DNA of 37,941 bases from Methanomicrobiales archaeon (GTDB taxonomy: Archaea; Halobacteriota; Methanomicrobia; Methanomicrobiales; JACTUA01). This document shows, one piece after another, positions 1 through 9,154 of the stretch. Both the position numbers and the translations under genes were made by a program. The notes beneath the pieces are model-generated. The model was given only the letters and a program-made list of their open reading frames with translations, searched no databases and was not told where the DNA came from. The DNA lies in assembly GCA_028678665.1 (NCBI GenBank), contig JAJRDA010000003.1, positions 1-37,941 of the forward strand. Direction: 5' to 3'. Numbering within the stretch: position 1 is the first letter of the stretch; the number at the start of each line of letters is the position of its first letter.

Positions 1-103
1 ATCAGGTCCGGGCTCATCGCCCCAACGCAGTCCACCACGCGGCAGCCGGTCAGGCTGGGGTGATACCCATCGAAAAACCGGGGGAGAGGATCCCCCTGGG
101 ATG

Positions 104-1489
104 TTAGAGTTTCTTGAGGGCCTGCACCAGCTTCCCGACCGTCTCCCGCGCGTCGCCGTAGAGCATCCGCGTGTTGTCCCGGTAGAACAGGTCGTTCTCG
201 ATCCCCGCAAAGCCCTTCCCCTGCCCGCGCTTGAGGACGATCACATTCTTTGCCTGTTCGACATCCAGGATTGGCATGCCGAAGAGCGGGCTGCCCTGCC
301 GGTGCGCCGCCGGGTTCACGACATCGTTGGCCCCGATGACGAGGACGACGTCAGTGCCGGGGAACTCGGGGTTCACCTCGTCGCGGTCGAAGAGGTGGTC
401 GTAGGCAACTCCTGCCTCGGCTAAAAGGACGTTCATGTGCCCGGGCATCCGCCCGGCAACCGGGTGGATCGCGAACTTCACCGAAACACCCCTCGCTCCG
501 AGCAGGTCGGAGAGCTCCTTCACTTTCTGCTGGGCCTGGGCGACTGCCATGCCGTAGCCGGGGGCGATGATCACCCGGTCCGCGTAGGCGAGCAGGATTG
601 CAACGTCGTCAACCTCGATCGCCTTCATGCTGCCCGATACCTGGGCCGCCTGCTCCTCCGTTGCGCCGAACGCCCCGAAGAAGACGTTTGCGAGCGAGCG
701 GTTCATTGCCTTCGCCATGTGGAGAGTGAGCAGCGAGCCCGCCGCACCCACAATGATACCCGCGATGATCATCGCGTAGTTGGGGGTAGCAAACGAGAAC
801 CCGTCCAATGCAACGGCGAGACCGGTGAAAGCGTTGTACATCGAGATGACGACCGGCATATCGGCCCCGCCGATCGGGAGCGTCATGAGGAGCCCGAAGC
901 CGAGAGCGAGTAGGAAAAAGAGGGGGAGCCACATGCTGACAGAAAGCGGTACCCAGGAGGGCTGCAGGACGACGAAGATCCCGGAAATGATGGCGAGGGC
1001 AAGGACCACCATGTTGACAGGCTGCTGGCCCGGGAAGGTCACCGGCCGCGATGGCATCCAGCCCTGCAGCTTCAGGAACGCAATGAGGCTCCCCGAGAAC
1101 GAGACAGCCCCGATCAGGCCGCCGGCGACCGCAAGCGAGGCGGTGATGGCAGTGGTGGGGCCAAGAAGGGCGACGGCCGAGATCCCGGCTGCCGCGCCGC
1201 CCCCCATCCCGTTGTAGAATGCGACCATCTGGGGCATGTGGGTCATCGACACGCGCCTGGCCGCGATATAGCCGAAGCCGCCGCCGACCACGATCGCGAT
1301 GGCGATCAGGGCGATGTTGGTGAGATTCGGGGTAAAGAACGTGACGAGCGTTGCGATGAGCATCGCGGCGCCGGCCCATACGATCCCGCTCCGGGCCGTG
1401 AGCGGGTGGCTCATCCGCTGGAGGGCGATGATGAACAAAAAGACCGTCGCCAGGTAGACGGGCTCGATGGCAAAGGAGAGGTCAGCCAT
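104..1489 (-). CDS. pntB: NAD(P) transhydrogenase subunit beta
   Basis: Multi-TM N-terminal half, then GGADMPVVISMYN, AMNRS, PGYGMAVAQAQ, HPVAGRMPGHMNVLLAEA and GANDVVNPAA (NADP-binding dIII). Start moved to ATG 1489 (MADLSF), next to the upstream stop. Confidence 0.97.
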   Translation of the reverse strand: MADLSFAIEPVYLATVFLFIIALQRMSHPLTARSGIVWAGAAMLIATLVTFFTPNLTNIALIAIAIVVGGGFGYIAARRVSMTHMPQMVAFYNGMGGGAAAGISAVALLGPTTAITASLAVAGGLIGAVSFSGSLIAFLKLQGWMPSRPVTFPGQQPVNMVVLALAIISGIFVVLQPSWVPLSVSMWLPLFFLLALGFGLLMTLPIGGADMPVVISMYNAFTGLAVALDGFSFATPNYAMIIAGIIVGAAGSLLTLHMAKAMNRSLANVFFGAFGATEEQAAQVSGSMKAIEVDDVAILLAYADRVIIAPGYGMAVAQAQQKVKELSDLLGARGVSVKFAIHPVAGRMPGHMNVLLAEAGVAYDHLFDRDEVNPEFPGTDVVLVIGANDVVNPAAHRQGSPLFGMPILDVEQAKNVIVLKRGQGKGFAGIENDLFYRDNTRMLYGDARETVGKLVQALKKL

Positions 1490-1490
1490 G

Positions 1491-1802
1491 TCACGCCCCC
1501 TTTCCGGGCTTCTTTCCGCTGCGGTCGAACATCTGGAGGATCCGTTCCGTGACCACATACCCGCCGGTCACGTTCGCTGCCCCGAGCACAACGGCGATGA
1601 ACCCGATCGCCTGCTCGAGAGGCGTCGTGGCAAGGCCGAGCGCCACCATCGCCCCCACGAGCACAATCCCATGGATGAAGTTCGAGCCGCTCATCAGGGG
1701 TGTGTGCAAAATGACGGGGACACGGCTGATGACCACGTAACCGGTGAATGCGGCGAGCATCGCGATGTAGAGAGCGATCCAGAAGGCCGTGATGTCGATC
1801 AT
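1491..1802 (-). CDS. pntAB: NAD(P) transhydrogenase subunit alpha part 2 (membrane)
   Basis: 103 aa, 3 TM helices, LHTPLMSGSNFIHG and NVTGGYVVTERILQMF motifs; overlaps the pntAA stop (ATGA). Confidence 0.96.
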   Translation of the reverse strand: MIDITAFWIALYIAMLAAFTGYVVISRVPVILHTPLMSGSNFIHGIVLVGAMVALGLATTPLEQAIGFIAVVLGAANVTGGYVVTERILQMFDRSGKKPGKGA

Positions 1803-2971
1803 GGCTTCCCTCCGCTGATGAGGTCACGCGTGGGTGCATGCCGGACCTCGCCTGCGTGGACAAGGAGGCTCGATGCCAGGATCTCGTCAGTGAACTCACG
1901 GGTGAGCGCCCCGTCCTTCCCGAGAAGGAGCGAGAGGAACGACTGGAGGTTCTTCGCGTACATCTGGCTTGCGTGATACGCGACCCGGGCCGGCAGGTTC
2001 TGCGGGCCTACGATTGTAACACCGTGCTCCTTCACGGTCTTTCCGCTCTGGGTCAGCTCGCAGTTGCCGCCCGACTCGGCAGCTAGATCGACGATGACGG
2101 CACCCGGACGCATCGTTGCCACGGTCTCTCTCGTGATAAGGATCGGCGCCTTCCGGCCGGGGATTGCGGCCGTCGTGATCACGATGTCGGCCCGTGCCAC
2201 CGCGGCAGAGACCATCTGCTGTTCCTTCACCTTCTCTTCCGGCGTGAGCTCGCGGGCGTAACCGCCCTGGCCTTCCGCATTGATCTCCAGCTCGAGGAAT
2301 TTCGCGCCGAGGCTCCGGACCTGTTCGCCCGCGGCACGCCGGACATCGTATGCCTCGACCATGGCGCCAAGGCGCCTCGCTGTCGCGATCGCCATGAGGC
2401 CGGCAACGCCCGCACCAAGGATGAGCACTGTGGCCGGCCGGATCGTGCCCGCAGCCGTGGTCAGCATCGGGAGGAACCTGGGGCAGTGGTTGGCACCGAG
2501 TATCGCTGCGGCGTACCCGCCGGCCGTTGCCTGGGAACTGAGCGCGTCCATGCTCTGGGCACGGGTGATCCGCGGGACCAGCTCGAGGGCAAAGGCGGTG
2601 ACCCTGCGGTCACGCATCCGGGTCACGGTGGAGAGGTTGCTGGCCGGATTCATGAACCCGATGACGATCGTGCCCTCGGCGAGCATCTCCACATCGGCCA
2701 TGGCCGGGGGCTGTACGCACAGCACGATGGCGGCACCCTGGAGCAGTTCGGCCCGGCCGGGCACGATCCTAGCACCGGCGGCAACATAGAGGTCGTCCGG
2801 GTAGAACGCTCCTCTCCCCGCATCATGCTCGACCCGGACCTCGTACCCCGACTTCGTGAGTTTCTGGACTACCTCTGGCACGCTCGCAACGCGCTGTTCA
2901 CCGGGGGCCTGTTCCCTGACAACGGCGATCACGATACCCGTTGTTGTGTGTGCAACGGTGGGGGTGCTCAT
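1799..2971 (-). CDS. pntAA: NAD(P) transhydrogenase subunit alpha part 1 (NAD(H)-binding dI)
   Basis: GEQRVA, RITRAQSMDALSSQA, GAGVAGL, GGYARELT and DLAAESGGNCE motifs. Start ATG 2971 (MSTPTV) is preceded by a GGGAGG SD-like sequence. Confidence 0.96.
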   Translation of the reverse strand: MSTPTVAHTTTGIVIAVVREQAPGEQRVASVPEVVQKLTKSGYEVRVEHDAGRGAFYPDDLYVAAGARIVPGRAELLQGAAIVLCVQPPAMADVEMLAEGTIVIGFMNPASNLSTVTRMRDRRVTAFALELVPRITRAQSMDALSSQATAGGYAAAILGANHCPRFLPMLTTAAGTIRPATVLILGAGVAGLMAIATARRLGAMVEAYDVRRAAGEQVRSLGAKFLELEINAEGQGGYARELTPEEKVKEQQMVSAAVARADIVITTAAIPGRKAPILITRETVATMRPGAVIVDLAAESGGNCELTQSGKTVKEHGVTIVGPQNLPARVAYHASQMYAKNLQSFLSLLLGKDGALTREFTDEILASSLLVHAGEVRHAPTRDLISGGKP

Positions 2972-3461
2972 CCGTCCCTCCCTGCCTGGCCGGCATGTTC
3001 GATACGGAACAACATACCACTCCTCCCTTGATGGTAGCAATGTCTCCTTCTAGTTGTACCTGTACCCTTTTTACCTTACGCAACCGGACTCGCCACTTCG
3101 TGCCTGGATCGCATTAGAGAGTCACCGGACAATGCCCCTCTTCCCGTAGCCATGATCCGGGTGCCGGAAACGAAAACAACAGTCCCCCCTTTTCTCACGT
3201 CGATAGGCGTGCCGAGCGGGCATGCCGGCCCGCAGGCCCGGGATGGTGGACGGCGCGAAGGAGGAGGGGATCCGGTTCCGGACCATGATACCGGTAACGA
3301 AACGGTCAAATGAGCGGGATTTGAGGGAAGGGCGGACTCGATTGTCCCTGGATTTTGAATATTTTTTAATGAGTACCATCAACAGTAGAGTATGAAAAAA
3401 GATTTCTGGTCATCCATCCCAATCACCTTTTTATTCCGGCGGCTGACTCTGGAGGAGCACC

Positions 3462-4310
3462 ATGCTGAGAGGAGTGAGTGATGTTGCAGCGACGTCGTTT
3501 GTCACCCTCTATTGTCATGCCATTGAGAGCCGTTCAGACAATCCCGTACTCTCTGACCCGAAATCTGTTGAGATCACGACCCAACTGAATAAAACGCTCT
3601 CCCTGTCCGGGCATCCGCTCGACAGGGCCCTTGTCTCCGGCACGTTGGATAAGAGGCTTGTTGTCCATATTGCTATCCGTGCAAAAAAATACGATGACTA
3701 TGCACGGGATTTCTTACAGAGGTTTCCTGACGGCGTTGTTGTCAATATCGGCTGCGGGCTCGATTCACGGTTCCTGCGGATAGATGATGGACGCGTGGTC
3801 TATTATGATCTTGACCTGCCGGAGATCATAGAGATCAAAAAAGCCTTTTTCAACGAGACCGAGCGGTATCACCTTCTCGCCTCCTCAGTATTGGATTTTG
3901 ACTGGATGGTTCCTGTCCTGCGGCACAAAGGGCCGTTCCTGTTCATGGCAGAAGGAGTATTCATGTACCTGGACGGGAAGGATGTCCAATCGCTGGTGCT
4001 GAAGATCCAGGAAAAGTTCCCGGGTTCCGAACTGGTGTGCGAAGTGGTGAATTCAGTCTGGCTCAGATACCCGTTAAAAAAATTACTGGATTACAAGATA
4101 CAGCGACAGGTGCACCTGGGAAAGGATGCCACGTTCCGGTCCGGTATCCACGACGGTCGCGAGATGGAACAATGGCATACCGGCATACAGTTCCTCGACG
4201 AATGGAGTTACTTTGATTCCGAAGAAGAGAAACTGGGGTGGTTCAAAGTCCTGAGCCATATCGAACTCATCAGGAAGACCCAGTGGACTGTCCACTACCG
4301 GTTGAACTGA
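3462..4310 (+). CDS. Class I SAM-dependent methyltransferase, TcmP/leucine-carboxyl-methyltransferase-like family
   Basis: VVNIGCGLDSRF, YDLDLPEII and FMAEGVFMYL motifs; GGAGG SD upstream; visibly lower GC than host genes. Confidence 0.88.
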   Translation: MLRGVSDVAATSFVTLYCHAIESRSDNPVLSDPKSVEITTQLNKTLSLSGHPLDRALVSGTLDKRLVVHIAIRAKKYDDYARDFLQRFPDGVVVNIGCGLDSRFLRIDDGRVVYYDLDLPEIIEIKKAFFNETERYHLLASSVLDFDWMVPVLRHKGPFLFMAEGVFMYLDGKDVQSLVLKIQEKFPGSELVCEVVNSVWLRYPLKKLLDYKIQRQVHLGKDATFRSGIHDGREMEQWHTGIQFLDEWSYFDSEEEKLGWFKVLSHIELIRKTQWTVHYRLN

Positions 4311-4621
4311 TAGGACCCGGCGCTGGACTGAATATTGCCCGGATTGCCAGCAATGCATGATCCGGGAAAGGTCCGCGATGGGCCTGTGAAAACCCCTCAT
4401 CAAGCGATACCCTCCCTGGCAACGAAACGTTTTTCTCATCCGGGTACCCAACAGGTTCCCATGGACCACACCGGTTCAGCAGTTCACAGTATCCGTTTCT
4501 CCTGGCCTGCCTGTGGTAAGCGGCCGCTCTTCTTTGTACATTAACCCATATTCTTGATCCGCCCCCTGTGCGGAACAGGACGCCTGCATCTGAACTCTCC
4601 CATCATCATTGGTATACCCTC

Positions 4622-5155
4622 ATGATCCAGACAGAAAAGGAAGGAAAGGGGGTCTGGACCCCCCTGGAAGACGCCCGGCTGTATGATCTCATCGCAGCCC
4701 TGGGCGACCGGACCGAGCACCTGCGCCGTGTTCATGCCGCCGAGGTCCTTGGTTCCGCCAGCGACCCGAGAGCCGTTACCGCTCTCGTGAATGCCCTCAG
4801 GGATGAGCACCCGGACATCCGCAGGCTCTCGGCACGGGCGCTCCGGGAGATCGGCTCCATCCGCTCGGTGGAGCCCCTGATCGACCGCATGAGTGACCCG
4901 GAGGAGAAGTGGAAGACCCGCATCTGTGCGGCGGAAGCCCTGGGCCGCATCGGCACGTCGAGCGCCATCGACGGGCTGGTCGCACGCCTGCGAGACCCGT
5001 CCGAGAACCTGGAGACCCGTATCGCCGTCGCGACGATCCTGGGGAGGACGCGGAGCCCTGCAGCCGAAGGGGCGCTCAGGGAGTGCCTCCGGGACCCGGA
5101 TCCCCGGGTTCGGAATGCGGCGGAGAAGGTGCTGGGGATGGAGGGGAGGGAGTGA
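4622..5155 (+). CDS. HEAT/PBS-lyase-like repeat protein
   Basis: Repeated (V/I)R..AAEALG.IG...AV..L...L.D units; start moved to ATG 4622. Confidence 0.85.
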   Translation: MIQTEKEGKGVWTPLEDARLYDLIAALGDRTEHLRRVHAAEVLGSASDPRAVTALVNALRDEHPDIRRLSARALREIGSIRSVEPLIDRMSDPEEKWKTRICAAEALGRIGTSSAIDGLVARLRDPSENLETRIAVATILGRTRSPAAEGALRECLRDPDPRVRNAAEKVLGMEGRE

Positions 5156-5258
5156 AGGGAGACACGCTCTCCCACTCACTCACCAGGTCACATCCCGCAG
5201 CCGGCAATAACCTGCCGGAAAAGGAGAGAAGAAAGGGCTGTGATGCAGCCCATCGGGT

Positions 5259-5543
5259 TTACTTCTTTTCCATCATTTTTTCGAGGTAGTCACCGATGAA
5301 GGCACCGATGATGAAGATGATTACGAGGATGATGATTCCGATGAAGATGCCGATTGCGCCCATGAACCCGGTCGCAAGGCTGATGCCGCCGGGGGCCAGG
5401 AAATACGCGAGGAGCCCGAAGATGACGGCAAAGATGATACCGACAATCGCTCCCTGTTTGAGGAGCCCCATGAAGTCTTCCTTGCCCTTGCGAAGATAGC
5501 CGAACACGATACCGATGATGAGAATCAGCAGCTCAAACCACAT
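5259..5543 (-). CDS. Small membrane protein (3 predicted TM helices), unknown function
   Basis: Hydrophobic 94-aa ORF starting MWFELLILII with an AGGAG SD upstream; host-like codons. Confidence 0.8.
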   Translation of the reverse strand: MWFELLILIIGIVFGYLRKGKEDFMGLLKQGAIVGIIFAVIFGLLAYFLAPGGISLATGFMGAIGIFIGIIILVIIFIIGAFIGDYLEKMMEKK

Positions 5544-5771
5544 ACACAGACTCCTGATGCCAGGTGAGTTGCCCCACCCTCCCAAGTAACTTTCGAAATG
5601 ACAGTGGGAAATCAGGAGGAGAAGGGGATGGAAACGTGATCCTCTCCGGGGGGTAAGGGGTGTTCATATCGCCTCTGTACCCACCCCTTCTCAGCAGAAT
5701 CTTCCTTTCTGTTCACCGTCAAGGAAACGGAAGGATTTTAAAGAGAGGAATACCGTACAAGACGGGATTTC

Positions 5772-6851
5772 CTACTTCTTCTCCTCTATCTTCATTCCCT
5801 TATTGTCGATCTTCGTCTCCACCGCCACCTTCAGGCCCAGGTCCGCGATTGCCTTCTCCAGCTCCTTCCGGGACCGTTCCGTGACCACCGCGATCGTGGG
5901 GCCCACCGAGGACATGCCCACGAAGTCGAAGCCGGCTTCCCGGATCCTGGCCATGTACTGGTAGATACGGAAGCCGTGGTGCTCCACCTCGGCACGCTTG
6001 GAGCCCCGGAACTCGATCTCCCAGAAGATCTTCCCTGCCTTCTTCACGTCCCCCCGTTCCAGCGCCGGGATCAGATCCATCATGACCATGTGGCACTTCA
6101 CCTCCCGGTCCATGTAGTCCAGGTTCCGGCCCCGGTTCATCAGGAGTTCGATCTCCCGGGTGCCCGCGGACGAGATGTCAGAGGTGGGGATGACAATGAA
6201 GACATTCTGACCCTCGGCAAAGGCATGTTTGTACACGAGCGCCAGGTCGTCCCCCATGATGGCCATGCCACCGTGAGTGGAGACTGCGGGGCCGACCCCG
6301 GTCTCGAACGCGAACGCGATCCTGCCATCGCCCGTCTCCTCCACAAAGTTATAGCCCATCAGGAGCCGGAGCTGGTCCTGGGTGAGGGGGGACCCCACCG
6401 CCCGGTTCATGGCATTCAGGGTCGCGATGGAGATCGTGGAGGTGGACCCCATCCCCACGTGATGGTACTGGTGGTCCCGGGCGGTGATGCGGAAACCTCC
6501 CTGGTAGCCGACGGCCTTCCGGAAGATTTCCACGTGGTGGCGGAGGACCGGTGCACGATCATAGGTGATCTCCACCTCCTTCGGGGTGCAGGTGACCTCA
6601 GCGGTACAGTACACCTGCACCGCGAATCCCACGCCCCCGCCTCCGGGCTTCCCCGGCGCGAACCGGTTCATGTCCAGCACCGTCAGGTGGATCCGGGCAG
6701 GAGCGGTGACCACCACCGTGCCCTTCACCGGCTTCAGGCTGTACTTCTGCTTCTCGAATCCCAGGGTATTCACCTGGTCTCCGGGCAGGAACGGCTGTAA
6801 GTCGTACTCCACGAGATCCAGGTCCCCGCCCCGTATCATCAGTTTCGGCAT
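5772..6851 (-). CDS. GHMP-kinase superfamily protein, beta-RFAP synthase-like
   Basis: APARIHL..LD, GGVGFAV, HHVGMGSTS (GHMP loop) and GMSSVGPT motifs resemble beta-ribofuranosylaminobenzene-5'-phosphate synthase. Confidence 0.78.
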   Translation of the reverse strand: MPKLMIRGGDLDLVEYDLQPFLPGDQVNTLGFEKQKYSLKPVKGTVVVTAPARIHLTVLDMNRFAPGKPGGGGVGFAVQVYCTAEVTCTPKEVEITYDRAPVLRHHVEIFRKAVGYQGGFRITARDHQYHHVGMGSTSTISIATLNAMNRAVGSPLTQDQLRLLMGYNFVEETGDGRIAFAFETGVGPAVSTHGGMAIMGDDLALVYKHAFAEGQNVFIVIPTSDISSAGTREIELLMNRGRNLDYMDREVKCHMVMMDLIPALERGDVKKAGKIFWEIEFRGSKRAEVEHHGFRIYQYMARIREAGFDFVGMSSVGPTIAVVTERSRKELEKAIADLGLKVAVETKIDNKGMKIEEKK

Positions 6852-6857
6852 ATGCTC

Positions 6858-7412
6858 TCACACCTTCGGACGGTCAAAGTAGATGTTCTTGCCCGCGGCC
6901 TTCAGCGGGATCCCGTACCCCACCTGGCACCCCTCCAGCCAGCCCAGCGAGAGGGCTGCGACACCGCAGGAGTACATCACCCGGTTGTCCACGTTGTGGA
7001 TCTGGGCGGTCTTCACCGCCGAGCCGATGGCGATGCCCAGGTCCACCATCCGGACGGCACAGTTGGGGCCCCTCAGGGGGGCCTTCTCTGCGGGGGACGC
7101 AGGGACAAACTTCAGCATCCCCGCACACGTGGCAAAGCCGCAGGCGCCGCAGTCGATGCCGGCAGTGGGCTCCTTCCGGGCGCCCAGGAGCACGCATGCA
7201 TCGCTCTGCTCCACGTTGGCGGCATCCCGGAGAAAGAAGACGATGCCACGCGCTTCCCCGATGCTCCTCATGGTCCTTGCCAGCAGAGGGAGGCCGTCCC
7301 GTTTCACCACACGGGTGAAGAGCACGTCTGTCCCCCGCGCCTTCGGGGCAGTCCTCGCTGAAAGCGCCATCAGGCCTGCCACCGTCTCCACGGCCGCAAT
7401 CTCGTCGTTCAT
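6858..7412 (-). CDS. DUF2148 ferredoxin-domain protein
   Basis: SARTAPKARG, CGACGFATC, GPNC, DLGIAIGSAVK, VDNRVMYS and KNIYFDR motifs; start MNDEIAA. Confidence 0.82.
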   Translation of the reverse strand: MNDEIAAVETVAGLMALSARTAPKARGTDVLFTRVVKRDGLPLLARTMRSIGEARGIVFFLRDAANVEQSDACVLLGARKEPTAGIDCGACGFATCAGMLKFVPASPAEKAPLRGPNCAVRMVDLGIAIGSAVKTAQIHNVDNRVMYSCGVAALSLGWLEGCQVGYGIPLKAAGKNIYFDRPKV

Positions 7413-7588
7413 ACCGTTCGCCCTGTGACACTTCCACGCTCTTGAGATATAACTCTTCCACTCCAACGCCAACGGCGATTCCACACCGGAATACCGGCAT
7501 GCGGTGGGAACTCCACGGGACCCATCGGGAACCCCCCGAACGCAAATACTTATCCATTCCCGCGTGCACCACTCACCCGGGATAGACG

Positions 7589-9037
7589 ATGGAGAAAAAA
7601 ACCTTGACCACGAACCAGGGAGTTCCGGTTGCGGATAACCAGAACTCGCTCACTGCAGGGCAGCGTGGACCGGTCCTTCTTCAGGATATTCACCTCGTCG
7701 AAAAACTTGCGCATTTCGACCGGGAGAGAATTCCTGAGCGTGTGGTCCATGCCAAGGGTGCGGGTGCCCATGGATATTTCCAGGTTTACAGGAGCATGGC
7801 CCGCTACACGAAGGCAAAGTTCCTCCAGGACCCGAAAAAGAGAACACCGGTATTTGTACGGTTCTCCACGGTGGTGGGAGCACGGGGATCCGCGGATTCA
7901 GCACGCGATCCCCGGGGATTCGCGGTAAAATTCTACACAGAAGAGGGGAATTACGATCTCGTCGGGAATAATCTCCCGGTCTTCTTCATCCGGGACGCGA
8001 TCAAGTTCCCCGACATGGTACATTCGTTCAAACCTGCACCGGAATCCAACGTCCCCACCAGCTCATCGGCCAACAGCCGGTTCTGGGACTTCATCTCCCT
8101 CACACCGGAGTCCACCCACATGATCACCTGGCTCTTCTCCGATCGGGGCACGGTGAAGTGTTACCGGAAGATGGAGGGGTTCGGGGTCAATACCTATATC
8201 TGGGTGAATGCAAAGGGCAAGGGCGTCTATGTCAAGTACCACTGGAAACCTGCGGCAGGAATTGAAACGATTGACCGCCACGAATCCACCCGTCTCGCGG
8301 GAGAGGATCCTGACATTGCCACAAGGGACCTCTATGACTGGATTGCATTGGGGAAGACGGTTGAGTTCGAGCTCAACGTCCAGCGGATGGAATTCGATGA
8401 CGAGCGGAAGCTGGATTTTGATCCGCTCGATGCGACCAAGACATGGCCGGAGGACAGCTACCCGCTCATGCCGGTCGGTAAAATGATCCTTGACAGAAAC
8501 CCGGAGAATTATTTTGCGGAGGTGGAGCAGGCCGCATTCTGCCCGGCATCCGTAGTTCCCGGGATCGAACCCTCCGCTGACAAGCTCCTGCAGGGCCGGT
8601 TGTTCTCGTACGCGGACACCCAGCGGCACCGGCTGGGGCCGAATTACCTCCAGATCGCCGTAAACCGGCCCAGGGTTGCGGTCCACAACAACCAGAGGGA
8701 CGGGGCGATGCAGTCCGGCGTCGGGCACACGGGAACGGTCAATTATGAGCCCAATACTCTCGGGGGTGGTATGCCCCGCGAGTCCGGGGACAGGACATTT
8801 GAAGGCCGCCCGTTTGAAGGGGGAGAGGTCCGCCGGAAGATCGCTCTCGCGAACGACTTCCAGCAGGCAGGAGAACGGTACCGCTCCCTCTCGAAAAGAG
8901 ACCAGGATCACCTGGTGGAAAACATCGTGGATCCGCTCAGTCATGCAAAGAAGGAGATCCAGAAACGGATGGTGGAGAACCTGAGAAAAGCGGATGCAGA
9001 CCTCGGGAAGCGGGTGGCAAAGGGACTGAAGCTCTGA
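7589..9037 (+). CDS. katA: Monofunctional heme catalase (small-subunit type)
   Basis: FDRERIPERVVHAKG distal-His motif, VGNNLPVFFIRD, and RLFSYADTQRHR proximal-Tyr motif. Confidence 0.97.
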   Translation: MEKKTLTTNQGVPVADNQNSLTAGQRGPVLLQDIHLVEKLAHFDRERIPERVVHAKGAGAHGYFQVYRSMARYTKAKFLQDPKKRTPVFVRFSTVVGARGSADSARDPRGFAVKFYTEEGNYDLVGNNLPVFFIRDAIKFPDMVHSFKPAPESNVPTSSSANSRFWDFISLTPESTHMITWLFSDRGTVKCYRKMEGFGVNTYIWVNAKGKGVYVKYHWKPAAGIETIDRHESTRLAGEDPDIATRDLYDWIALGKTVEFELNVQRMEFDDERKLDFDPLDATKTWPEDSYPLMPVGKMILDRNPENYFAEVEQAAFCPASVVPGIEPSADKLLQGRLFSYADTQRHRLGPNYLQIAVNRPRVAVHNNQRDGAMQSGVGHTGTVNYEPNTLGGGMPRESGDRTFEGRPFEGGEVRRKIALANDFQQAGERYRSLSKRDQDHLVENIVDPLSHAKKEIQKRMVENLRKADADLGKRVAKGLKL

Positions 9038-9154
9038 TCGGGTCACCGGACTGCAGGTGAACAGACCGCGGTTCACCGGAGCGGGAGAAGGAAAGGCACC
9101 TCACTTTCACACCGGCCGGGAGGGCTTGATAAGCGGGGAACGGCAGGTACCCGT

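Noticed and set aside
1-103. Possible gene end at the window edge
   Set aside because: Open frames exist but show no recognisable motif in about 100 nt.
4335-4544. 69-aa ORF after the methyltransferase, and short ORFs at 3076-3382
   Set aside because: No SD, motif or codon-bias support; probably intergenic.
5636-5695. ATCCTCTCCGGGGGGTAAGGGG...CACCCCTT, weakly like family A
   Set aside because: It lacks the GGGGGC-loop-GCCCCC core and is too degenerate to assign without a model-based search.
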